Below, piece after piece: positions 37,966 through 45,751 of a stretch of 64,000 nt of DNA. The DNA is from a virus (Duplodnaviria > Caudoviricetes). Made by a program: the position numbers and the translations under genes. Location: positions 1,548-65,547 of the IMG/VR virus record IMGVR_UViG_3300027800_000347; one strand, written 5' to 3'. The notes under the pieces are model-generated. The model was not told where the DNA came from and did no database searches. It was given only the letters and a program-made list of their open reading frames with translations. Position 1 is the stretch's first letter, and every line of letters starts with the position of its first letter.

Positions 37966-38442
37966 TTTTTGCCAGAGTCCGAGTGAAGCCCATAGACATT
38001 GTGCGAGCCACTGGCCCGATGAAACTCATGCGAACGCTGCGAGCCATGTCAACGCTGAAACCCAACCCCCGGGTGCGAGCCATGAACTTGATGAAACTCA
38101 ACGGCGCATTGCGAGCCATCGAGCAGATGAAACCCAGAAAATGATTGCGAGCCAGTGTTTATGTGAACCCCATGAGTGAAGTGCGAGCCATTGCTCGCGT
38201 GAATTCCATCGCTAACGTGCAAGCCAGACATGTTTTGAAGCCTAAAACCGCCATGCGAGTCAATTTGTGCCTGAAACCCGTTTTAGGGGTGCGAGCCAGC
38301 GGCCAAATGAAATCCATCGGGCATGTGCGAGCCAAAAAAGGAGCGAACCCCATTTAGTATTTGCGAGCCAGCGTCAATGTGAAACCTACTCCCCCTGTGC
38401 GAGCCATGGCGAAAGTGAAACCTACGCTTCCAGTGCGCCCTT
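37966..38442 (+). ncRNA. TIGR-like dual-repeat guide array 2 (13 x 36 nt)
   Basis: TGCGAGCCA (two copies with one mismatch) every 36 nt from 38002 to 38398; TGAAAC(C/T)CA-like loop repeat; unique 9-nt spacers; terminal TGCGCCC at 38434. Confidence 0.93.
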
Positions 38443-38455
38443 AAAAGGAGAACCC

Positions 38456-39082
38456 ATGAAGATCAACCATCTGAAAGCGCAGTACGACAGTAAGCCCATC
38501 GCGGACATTGAGGCCGCGATTCGAGCCTGCCAGTCCGAAGAATTGACCTCCCACCGGAAGTACATCGGCATTCTGGCCTACCTGGAGCATACCGGGCGCT
38601 TCAAGGAGAATCCGGTCTATACCAAGGCCGACTTTGACACCTACCTTCGGGAGTGCTTCGACATTTCCATGACCAAGTTCCGGGAGTCGAAACTGCTTTA
38701 CGTCAAGTTTCCGGATCAGGCCGAAAAGTACGGCATCGGCTACGTCTCCCGGGCGGCCAAGCAGTGCGGGCAGGACAAGCTCCCGACCATCTTCACCGCC
38801 CTGCGCCGCGAGGAAGCCAAGCGCAACGCGCCCGTTTCGTCCGAGGTCAAAGACGCGATCCTGGACGCGCATGCGAAGCCCAAGAAGCTCATCCAGTATA
38901 TCAATTGGGAGGCCAGATACCGCGAGGCCGCCGAGGAAATCCAGGTTTTGCGCGCCGAAATGGCCGAGAAGGACAAGACCATCGAACGCCTGCGGGCGGC
39001 CCTGGCGAAGCAGAAGGGCCACGGCGCGGCGTTTGTGCCGGTCACGATGGACGGCCAGCGGAGGGAGGCCATAGCACAGTAG
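38456..39082 (+). CDS. Tas-associated hypothetical protein (possible HTH + C-terminal coiled coil)
   Basis: AAGGAG RBS right after array 2; FDTYLRECFDISMTKFRESKLL helix pattern; heptad-rich C-terminus. Confidence 0.75.
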   Translation: MKINHLKAQYDSKPIADIEAAIRACQSEELTSHRKYIGILAYLEHTGRFKENPVYTKADFDTYLRECFDISMTKFRESKLLYVKFPDQAEKYGIGYVSRAAKQCGQDKLPTIFTALRREEAKRNAPVSSEVKDAILDAHAKPKKLIQYINWEARYREAAEEIQVLRAEMAEKDKTIERLRAALAKQKGHGAAFVPVTMDGQRREAIAQ

Positions 39083-39106
39083 TCTTTACGCACAACCGTT
39101 CCGCCA

Positions 39107-40300
39107 TCATAGGGGCCACTCCGGAAACAGCTTGCGAACCTCTCCGCTCCCAACAGACCGGGAAAACAGCTTGTAATTGCCAGTCTCCCTCCTGACCCTC
39201 CCGGCGACAATGGCCGGACTGATCTTGAGAGCTTCTGCGGTCTGAAAGACGAATCTCAGCTTGGTTCGATCTTTGGCAGGCGTCGCCTCCCATATTTCAG
39301 ACGGGATCGCCACATCAGCCGCAAAGGCGTTGGCTTGTTTCTCGACACCATCCATGGTCCGCGCGTCGAGGTCATCCACCATAAAGCCGCCCGGCTCGAC
39401 GTGTCCAAGGGCCAGATGCGCCAGCTCATGGAGCAAGGTGAACCAGAAGTTGTCCAGGCGGTCGAAGCGCAAGGACAGGCCCACGACGGCCCGACCATCA
39501 GGAACGAAGAGAGCCGCCCCATCCTGGTAGGTTTTGGGAAAGTGCTTCAGGACGATCATGCAGACGCCGAATCTGGCCAGATAGTCACGGGCGAGGGCCG
39601 GGCCGCGAGGATCTGTGCTCAATTCCAAAAGACCCTTGAAAAAGACGTGGTCCAAGGCCGCCCGGTCGAAAACGCCACCCTGGGGAGTGGCGGAGGCGAG
39701 GCAGCGCAGGCCCCCGACCCAAGCCAGGACGCAGGACGCATCGCCACGCATTCCGAGGCGCGTGGAGGAACGGGCGCAAAAGGCCGGCGCCACAGAGGCA
39801 AAGCCGACTTGCTCCAACCATCGCCCTGCCTGTGCGCGCATTTCGTCCGCCTCGGCAACGGCTTTAAGCCACCCGCGCTTGACCATCTCTTTGGTGGCCG
39901 CGCCATTCAGGGCGGAACACGGGTCAGGGTTCGGATCGGGGTCATCGGGTTGGTCCTGAAACAGCGTATCCAAGGGGATACCAAGCCCGGCATGAAGGCG
40001 TCGGATCATCTCCAGGGTTAGCCGACGCTTACCAGCCAGAACTTCGGACACAACCCCCTTGCTTCCGATGAAGGGTTCGAGGTCGCGCCGAGAAAGACCC
40101 TGCTGGTCCATGGCAAATTCTATGGCAGACAGGGGGGTCGGCTGCGGCATCGGGTAGTGCTCATCTTCATAGATTTCGACGAGCCGCGACCAATACTCCA
40201 GACGATCCAATTCCTCTGTCCCTGCTTTGGCGTGCATAAGGCTTTCAACCTTCGCCAGCGCCGCCTCATATTCTGCTTCGGTTTTAATCAGACGTTCCAT
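39107..40300 (-). CDS. higA: HigA-type antitoxin (HTH) fused to an ImmA/IrrE-like Zn-peptidase domain
   Basis: IKTEAEYEAAL...LVEIYEDEHYP...SEVLAGKRRLTLEMIRRLH; FWFTLLHELAH; EKQANAFA. Confidence 0.9.
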   Translation of the reverse strand: MERLIKTEAEYEAALAKVESLMHAKAGTEELDRLEYWSRLVEIYEDEHYPMPQPTPLSAIEFAMDQQGLSRRDLEPFIGSKGVVSEVLAGKRRLTLEMIRRLHAGLGIPLDTLFQDQPDDPDPNPDPCSALNGAATKEMVKRGWLKAVAEADEMRAQAGRWLEQVGFASVAPAFCARSSTRLGMRGDASCVLAWVGGLRCLASATPQGGVFDRAALDHVFFKGLLELSTDPRGPALARDYLARFGVCMIVLKHFPKTYQDGAALFVPDGRAVVGLSLRFDRLDNFWFTLLHELAHLALGHVEPGGFMVDDLDARTMDGVEKQANAFAADVAIPSEIWEATPAKDRTKLRFVFQTAEALKISPAIVAGRVRRETGNYKLFSRSVGSGEVRKLFPEWPL

Positions 40301-40333
40301 GATTCGCCCCCTGCTTTTGAGGCATGTTCAATG

Positions 40334-40651
40334 CTAAAGAGAAGATATGTTTTTTATGCGCCCATACTCTGTATGGGTCATAACCTTCCGCACAAAAGCC
40401 TTTTGAGCAGTAAAGTTGATGATAGCTATTAAGCGAAAATTATCACCGATATTAAATACAAAATGCCCATTCCCCACATCGTCAACAGAACGCGAGAAAT
40501 ATGCCTTCAAGTCAACAAGGCTTCCCCACGCCCTTGAAGAAATCACATTATACCAGTTTACCAACGGGGCCTTGGCCTGGGCGTGCCCTTCCCAATACTC
40601 CCGCAGGGTCCGCCTGGAGATAACCCGCATTTTCTTTTCCGCCCCGTTCAT
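40334..40651 (-). CDS. higB: HigB mRNA-interferase toxin
   Basis: MRVISRRTLREYW...FVFNIGDNFRLIAIINF...VMTHTEY. Confidence 0.92.
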   Translation of the reverse strand: MNGAEKKMRVISRRTLREYWEGHAQAKAPLVNWYNVISSRAWGSLVDLKAYFSRSVDDVGNGHFVFNIGDNFRLIAIINFTAQKAFVRKVMTHTEYGRIKNISSL

Positions 40652-40682
40652 GGCTGTATATTACCATCCGGCCCGGCCTTGT

Positions 40683-40719
40683 CAATGAAAAAGTTCTCAA
40701 ATTGAGAACTTTTTCATTG
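40683..40719. promoter_or_regulatory. Perfect 18-bp-arm palindrome, putative HigA operator
   Basis: CAATGAAAAAGTTCTCAA-A-TTGAGAACTTTTTCATTG, overlapping the minus-strand TTGACA (40680..40685) upstream of higB. Confidence 0.7.
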
Positions 40720-40761
40720 CAAGCGCCGAGCGCCGGAGCGGGGAGGGGCAGGGGGCATGAC

Positions 40762-40830
40762 GATTTGTCCGCAAATGTCCGGATATGGCCGCAAATGTCC
40801 GGCTTCAAAACCAGAAACCCTTGCTATGCT
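40762..40830 (+). promoter_or_regulatory. Putative late promoter 2 (decamer repeats + -10)
   Basis: 42 bp identical to 26109..26150; TATGCT 21 nt downstream. Confidence 0.75.
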
Positions 40831-40917
40831 TGCCGCATCTCTCAAGAGAATGCGGCTTTTTCATTTTTCAACATCTACCGCCCTGCCTGGGGCCGGGCGC
40901 ACTCCCCGGAGGGGATC

Positions 40918-41706
40918 ATGGGCTTGCAATTCAGAGTGACCGATTTGAACACGGTGCCCGAGGCGCTGCGTTCGGCCTACGTCCCGAGGGACGGGGCGTT
41001 CGTTTTGGACGTGGACGGCGGCGTGGTGCCCGAAGCCGATGTGAAGGGGCTCAAGGACAAAAACTCCGAGCTTTTGGGCGAGAAGAAAAAAGCCCTGGCC
41101 GACCTTCAGGCCGTCCTGGACACCGCCAAGATGACCGACGAGGAGCGTACCCGGCTCAAGGCCCGGGTGGATGAACTCGAAAGCCAGGTCATGACCAAGG
41201 AAGAGCTTGCCGCGAAGGCCGTCAAGAAGGCCAAGGAAGAGGCCGAAGGCGAGAAAGCCAAGGTCAAGGCGCAGGCCGACCATTTCCAGAAGCTTTTCAC
41301 GGACTCCACCATCAAGGCCACCCTGTTCGGGGCCGCCCAGGAAGCCGGGGCCTACAGCGCCGAGCAAATCCACGGGCTTCTGGCCGGGCGCACGGTCCTG
41401 GAAGAGGTCCGCGACGACGAAGGCAAGCCCACCGGGCAGTACGTCCCGAAGACCACGGTCACGGTCCTGGACGGTGACAAGCGCATCGAAAAGACCCTGC
41501 CCGCCGCCGAGGCGGTCAAGGCGTTCTTGGGGCAGCCCGAGAACAAGAATCTTGTGAACTCGACGGCCCACCCCGGGGGCGGGGCCAGACAAGGCGGACA
41601 GGCGGCCAGCGGGGCCGGAAAGTCCATTTCCCGTCAACAGTTCGAGGCCCTGAGTCCCCAGGCGCAGATGGATCACGTCAAGGGCGGCGGGGTTCTCCAC
41701 GATTAA
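40918..41706 (+). CDS. Capsid scaffolding protein
   Basis: VPEALRSAY...FVLDVDG...GLKDKNSELLGEKK coiled coil; GGGA tail; directly precedes the capsid gene. Confidence 0.8.
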   Translation: MGLQFRVTDLNTVPEALRSAYVPRDGAFVLDVDGGVVPEADVKGLKDKNSELLGEKKKALADLQAVLDTAKMTDEERTRLKARVDELESQVMTKEELAAKAVKKAKEEAEGEKAKVKAQADHFQKLFTDSTIKATLFGAAQEAGAYSAEQIHGLLAGRTVLEEVRDDEGKPTGQYVPKTTVTVLDGDKRIEKTLPAAEAVKAFLGQPENKNLVNSTAHPGGGARQGGQAASGAGKSISRQQFEALSPQAQMDHVKGGGVLHD

Positions 41707-41722
41707 GAAGGAGCTTTGAGCC

Positions 41723-42874
41723 ATGGCCAACACCCTGACCAAACTCGTCCCCGACCTTTACGAGGCCTTGGACACCGTCGCCCGGGAGCAGACCGGCCTG
41801 ATCCCGGCCGTCACCATGGACGCGCAGGCCGCGCGCGCCGCCAAGGACCAGGACGTGACCGTCCCCATCTTCCCCGCCGCCGCGGCCGAAGACATCGTCG
41901 CGGGGACCAACCCGCCCGATACCGGCGACCAGGAGATCGGGACCACGGTCATCAAGATCACCAAGTCCAGGGCCGTCCCCTTCCGGTGGACCGGAGAGGA
42001 GCAGCGCGGCGTCAACAGCGGCCCGGGCTACGGGAATCTTCGTCAGGGCCAAATGGCCCAGGCCATGCGCACCCTGGTCAACGAAGTGGAAGCAGACGTG
42101 GCCGCGCTGTACTACAACGCCTCCCGCGCCTACGGCACCGCCGGGACCGTGCCCTTTGGCGGAACCACCGGGTTTGAAGACCCGGCCTATACCCGCAAGA
42201 TCCTTGCCGACAACGGCGCGCCCATGACCGACCTCCAGATGGTCGTGGACACCCTCGCCGGGGCCAAGATACGCACCCTGGCCGCGATGAACAACGCCAA
42301 CCAGGCCGGAACCGACGCGCTGCGGGCGCAGGGCATCTTGCTTCCGCTGCACGGGTTCGACGTTCGCGAGTCCGCGCAGATCAAGCGGCACACCGCCGGG
42401 ACCGGCGCGGCCACCTACGACACCAACGCCTCCGGCGGGTTCGCCATCGGCGCGCAGACCATCGCCGTGGACACCGGGTCCGGGACCATCCTGGCCGGTG
42501 ACGTGATCGACTTCGCGGACGACTCCCCGGACAACAAGTACATGGTCAAGACCGCCCTGTCCGGCGGCTCCCTGGTCATCCAGAAGCCGGGCCTCATGGC
42601 CGCCGTTGCCGACGGGAAGGACGTGACCCTGGCCGCCGCTTACCGCGCCAACATGGCCTTCCATCGCTCTGCCCTGGTCCTCGCGACCCGCGCACCGGCC
42701 ATCCCCGACGAAGGCGACGCCGCCGACGACCGTATGGTCATCACCGATCCGCGCACCGGGCTGTCCTTCGAGGTGGCCATTTACCGGCAGTATCGCCGGG
42801 TTCGGTACGAAATCGGCCTTGCCTGGGGCGTGGCCTGCGTGAAGCCCGAATTCCTGGCCATTCTGCTCGGATAA
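41723..42874 (+). CDS. Major capsid protein (P22 coat-like)
   Basis: MANTLTKLVPDLYEALD...NMAFHRSALVLATR...YRQYRRVRYEIGLAWGV; position. Confidence 0.88.
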   Translation: MANTLTKLVPDLYEALDTVAREQTGLIPAVTMDAQAARAAKDQDVTVPIFPAAAAEDIVAGTNPPDTGDQEIGTTVIKITKSRAVPFRWTGEEQRGVNSGPGYGNLRQGQMAQAMRTLVNEVEADVAALYYNASRAYGTAGTVPFGGTTGFEDPAYTRKILADNGAPMTDLQMVVDTLAGAKIRTLAAMNNANQAGTDALRAQGILLPLHGFDVRESAQIKRHTAGTGAATYDTNASGGFAIGAQTIAVDTGSGTILAGDVIDFADDSPDNKYMVKTALSGGSLVIQKPGLMAAVADGKDVTLAAAYRANMAFHRSALVLATRAPAIPDEGDAADDRMVITDPRTGLSFEVAIYRQYRRVRYEIGLAWGVACVKPEFLAILLG

Positions 42875-42937
42875 CCTTCAAGCGACTTTGCGTGTGGCCG
42901 TGGCACCGGCTGCGGCCACACATCTCCGGGGGATGTA

Positions 42938-43258
42938 ATGGGCGACGAAATTATCTTGACCCGAATGAGGCGCGATGCGCCGATGCACCCTGGCGGGCCA
43001 GTCACGGCGGACGTGCATCCGGCTGAAGTCGAAAACTGGCTGGCCTGTGGCTGGCGCGAAGATACTTCCCCGCCCGCCGCACCCGGCCCGGAAACGTCTA
43101 CCTCGGCCGACCCGCTGGACGGCATGAGCCTCAAGGAGCTTCGGGCCTACGCCGGGAAACACGACATCACCATCGGGGCCAAGGCGACGAAGAAAGACGA
43201 AATCCTGGCCGTGATCCGGGCCGCCGTGGGGGAATCCATGCCCCCGGCCTCTGCCTGA
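42938..43258 (+). CDS. Small protein with Rho-N/HeH-like C-terminal domain
   Basis: LDGMSLKELRAYAGKHDI...KKDEILAVI. Confidence 0.7.
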   Translation: MGDEIILTRMRRDAPMHPGGPVTADVHPAEVENWLACGWREDTSPPAAPGPETSTSADPLDGMSLKELRAYAGKHDITIGAKATKKDEILAVIRAAVGESMPPASA

Positions 43259-43713
43259 TCGTCGGCGATGCACCGGGGGCGCGACATGACCTTGAAGCTT
43301 TTTGGAACCTTCGTCCGGGGCCGCATGAGGCCTGTTGCGTCAACCGCGCCGGGCTTTGGTATCCGCAAAATTTCCGCTTCTGGGTTTCGTGGCACGCGGA
43401 CCTTCTCCCCGGCTGGGGGAGCAAGCGTCCCGGGCCTGAACTGTGGTCAACCCAGCCGTGGCCCGGCGTCAACGTCGCGCCGGTTCGGCACCTTTATGGA
43501 AGTTCGGCCATGATCGGATTGCAGCTTGCCCTGGACGTGTGGGGATATGCCCGGGCCGCCATCGTCGGCGTGCATCTTACGGGGCCGTATGACGGATACC
43601 GGGCCGGGTGGACGCCGGTAAAAAACGAGATGGGCGACCGCATCCGGGCCATAGGCGGCTTCGCGGAAGACCTTTTCGGGCGGCCTGACGCCGCCTTTGT
43701 GGGGGCCGTATGA
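43238..43713 (+). other. Cryptic ~155-aa coding region lacking an in-frame canonical start (frameshifted or CTG-initiated)
   Basis: Frame of ORF 43510..43713 is open back past 43252 (GLCLIVGDAPG...CCVNRAG...WVSWHAD...GSSAMIGLQLAL); the ATG at 43238 is one base out of frame across a C5 run. Confidence 0.6.
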
Positions 43714-44219
43714 GCCTGATCATCGAAACAGGGGCCGTGGTCCCCGGGGCCAACACCTACGCCGCCATTGCGGCCGTGACCGCGCATTGCGCCGCTCTGG
43801 GCTACGCCGAATGGGCGGCCACGGGCGTGACCGACGCACAGCGCGAAGCGGCCATCCTGCGGGCCATGGCCTACATCGAGGCCTTGCCCTGGTGCGGCAT
43901 CAAGACCGCCCGGGACAACCCGTTGTCCTGGCCCCGGTCCAATATGTACGACCGCGAGGGCTACGCCTTGGACTCCAATGCCGTGCCCGCCGTGGTGGTT
44001 AAGGCCCTGTGTGAGGCCGCGCATCGAGAGCTGAAAACGGCCGGCACCTTACAGCCCGACGAAACCCGCGACGACTCTTTGACCTCGCTGTCCGTGGCCG
44101 GGGCTGTGAGCCTGCAATGGGGCGCCGGGGCGCCGTCGAGAACGAATTTCCGCGTGATCCGCGACTTGCTGGCCGGGCTGATCCAGGCCGGGGGCGGGAT
44201 CAAGTTGGTGAGGGGGTAG
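43710..44219 (+). CDS. Head-tail adaptor (DnaT-like family annotation)
   Basis: MSLIIETGAVVPGANTYA...LSWPRS...VPAVVVKALCEAA. Confidence 0.8.
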   Translation: MSLIIETGAVVPGANTYAAIAAVTAHCAALGYAEWAATGVTDAQREAAILRAMAYIEALPWCGIKTARDNPLSWPRSNMYDREGYALDSNAVPAVVVKALCEAAHRELKTAGTLQPDETRDDSLTSLSVAGAVSLQWGAGAPSRTNFRVIRDLLAGLIQAGGGIKLVRG

Positions 44220-44223
44220 GGGC

Positions 44224-44592
44224 GTGGCCATCGACATCCGCACCCTGGCCGCAAGCGCCGTCGCCAAGGGCTTCGGGGCCACGAACGCCCCGCAGGCCAT
44301 GGCCATCATGCGCACGCCGACCACGGACACCTATAGCCCCGTCACGGGCACAGTCACTCCGGGCACGCCCGTGGACAATACCTGCACAGGCATCGTCACC
44401 ACCTACGGGCAGCGTGAGGTTGACGGGACATCGATCCTGACCACTGACCGCAAGGTCATCATCCCGCAGTCCGAGCTTTCGATTTCGCCGACCACCGCCG
44501 ACAAGGCCGTCATCGGCGGGGCGGCCAAGGCCATCATCCATGTGGGCCAGGATGCCGTGGGCGCAACGTGGGTTCTCCAGGTGAGGGGGTAG
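44224..44592 (+). CDS. Head-closure/neck protein
   Basis: YSPVTG...DGTSILTTDRKVII...WVLQVRG; position. Confidence 0.7.
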   Translation: MAIDIRTLAASAVAKGFGATNAPQAMAIMRTPTTDTYSPVTGTVTPGTPVDNTCTGIVTTYGQREVDGTSILTTDRKVIIPQSELSISPTTADKAVIGGAAKAIIHVGQDAVGATWVLQVRG

Positions 44593-44595
44593 GCC

Positions 44596-45033
44596 ATGTA
44601 CGCCGACATCCAGCCGAACGCGGACGCCTTCGCCAGGGCGCTTGAGGAATTGGGGGAGAAGATCGAGCAGGACGTTTTCGAGAAGGTCATCGTCAAGGCG
44701 ATTTGCGATGTTTGGCTTGAGATTATGGAGGAAAACCCCACGGAAACGTGCCGATGCCGAAACTCTTGGTTGCTCGACAAGGATTTCAGTGAATGGGCGT
44801 TGCCGGAAGGGGATTACAAGAATGTCGATTTTCGGGCGGCGGTAAGCGCCGTAATGGCCAATTTGCCAATATCCGACCACTACGTGCTTTTCAACAACAT
44901 TGAATATGTCCAGGCCCTTGAAGAGGGCCATTCCACGCAAGCCCCGGCCGGGTTCGTGGCGAAGGCCCTGGCCGCGATGACGGAATTTTTGAGCCAGGCC
45001 GCCAAGTCCGTGGGCTACGAGGTGACGGCATGA
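44596..45033 (+). CDS. HK97-gp10-like tail completion protein
   Basis: NNIEYVQALEEGHSTQAPAGFV. Confidence 0.8.
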   Translation: MYADIQPNADAFARALEELGEKIEQDVFEKVIVKAICDVWLEIMEENPTETCRCRNSWLLDKDFSEWALPEGDYKNVDFRAAVSAVMANLPISDHYVLFNNIEYVQALEEGHSTQAPAGFVAKALAAMTEFLSQAAKSVGYEVTA

Positions 45034-45467
45034 CCGTAAACGAGGTCCGTGCCGCCCTTGAGGGGCATCTGGCCACGGCCGTCTCCACGGTCCCTGTGGC
45101 GTGGCCCGGTGTGGCCTTCACGCCCCCGGAAGGGGCGACCTGGATTCGCCCGGCCTTCCGGCCCGGGCAGAGCTTTGAAGCCGAGATCGGGCGCGAGGGG
45201 CTTTCCCGGCGCACAGGCGTCTTCATCGTCCAGGTCTTTGCGCCCAAGGGCCTCGGATCGGGCGCGGCCCTGGCCCTGTCCGGGCAGATCGAGGCGGCTT
45301 TTCGCAGGCAGGATGTGGGCGGTGTGGAGTGCGGAGAGCCGTACTCCAACGATATTGGCGAGGATGCCGGGGCGCTCGTTTCCCAGGGTGGCGGCGGAAG
45401 CATAGGACTTTCGACTAGCTATCAAGTCAACGTCGCCGTGCCCTGGTGGGCCTGGATCGGGGAATGA
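45030..45467 (+). CDS. Tail terminator-like protein
   Basis: VAWPGVAFTPP...RRTGVFIVQVFAPKGLG...YQVNVAVPW. Confidence 0.75.
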   Translation: MTVNEVRAALEGHLATAVSTVPVAWPGVAFTPPEGATWIRPAFRPGQSFEAEIGREGLSRRTGVFIVQVFAPKGLGSGAALALSGQIEAAFRRQDVGGVECGEPYSNDIGEDAGALVSQGGGGSIGLSTSYQVNVAVPWWAWIGE

Positions 45468-45664
45468 CCATGGACCATTTTTCCGACTTCGCCACCATGC
45501 CGCCTCCGGCCGCCGTGCTGGTCAAGCACCTATGCCCGGCGTGCGGCAAACTGATCGAAGAGTCGGAACCCAAATTTGCCCGCATCGTCTGCCCGAGATG
45601 CAAGCAGCGCATCGTTTTCAGGGGGGGCGTGGCCGTCGAACATCGGCCCAGACGCCGACAGTAA
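45464..45664 (+). CDS. Com-like zinc-ribbon protein
   Basis: CPACGKLI...IVCPRCK. Confidence 0.6.
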   Translation: MTMDHFSDFATMPPPAAVLVKHLCPACGKLIEESEPKFARIVCPRCKQRIVFRGGVAVEHRPRRRQ

Positions 45665-45751
45665 CCGCGCCCCGTCCCGTCGCGCCCCGGAGCCTCTTGA
45701 AGGCCGGAGGGCCTGGAACAACCAGGAACTTCCGCCCAAGGAGGCCCAAAA

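Noticed and set aside
38029-38037. Spacer TGCGAACGC targeting the att-arm repeat GTTCGCA near 61860..61900
   Set aside because: Only 7 of 9 nt match and the partner spacer CTGGCCCGA has no adjacent match
36884-38442. CRISPR array interpretation of the 36-nt repeats
   Set aside because: Constant segments are only 9 nt and alternate between two types with 9-nt spacers; there are no 23-47-nt direct repeats and no cas genes
36880-38455. ORFs 36880..37125, 36901..37128, 37892..38119, 38049..38231, 38145..38357, 38159..38353 and the N-terminal 63 aa of 38267..39082
   Set aside because: Artefacts of the 36-nt period (a multiple of 3), giving 12-aa pseudo-repeats; the RBS-supported start is 38456
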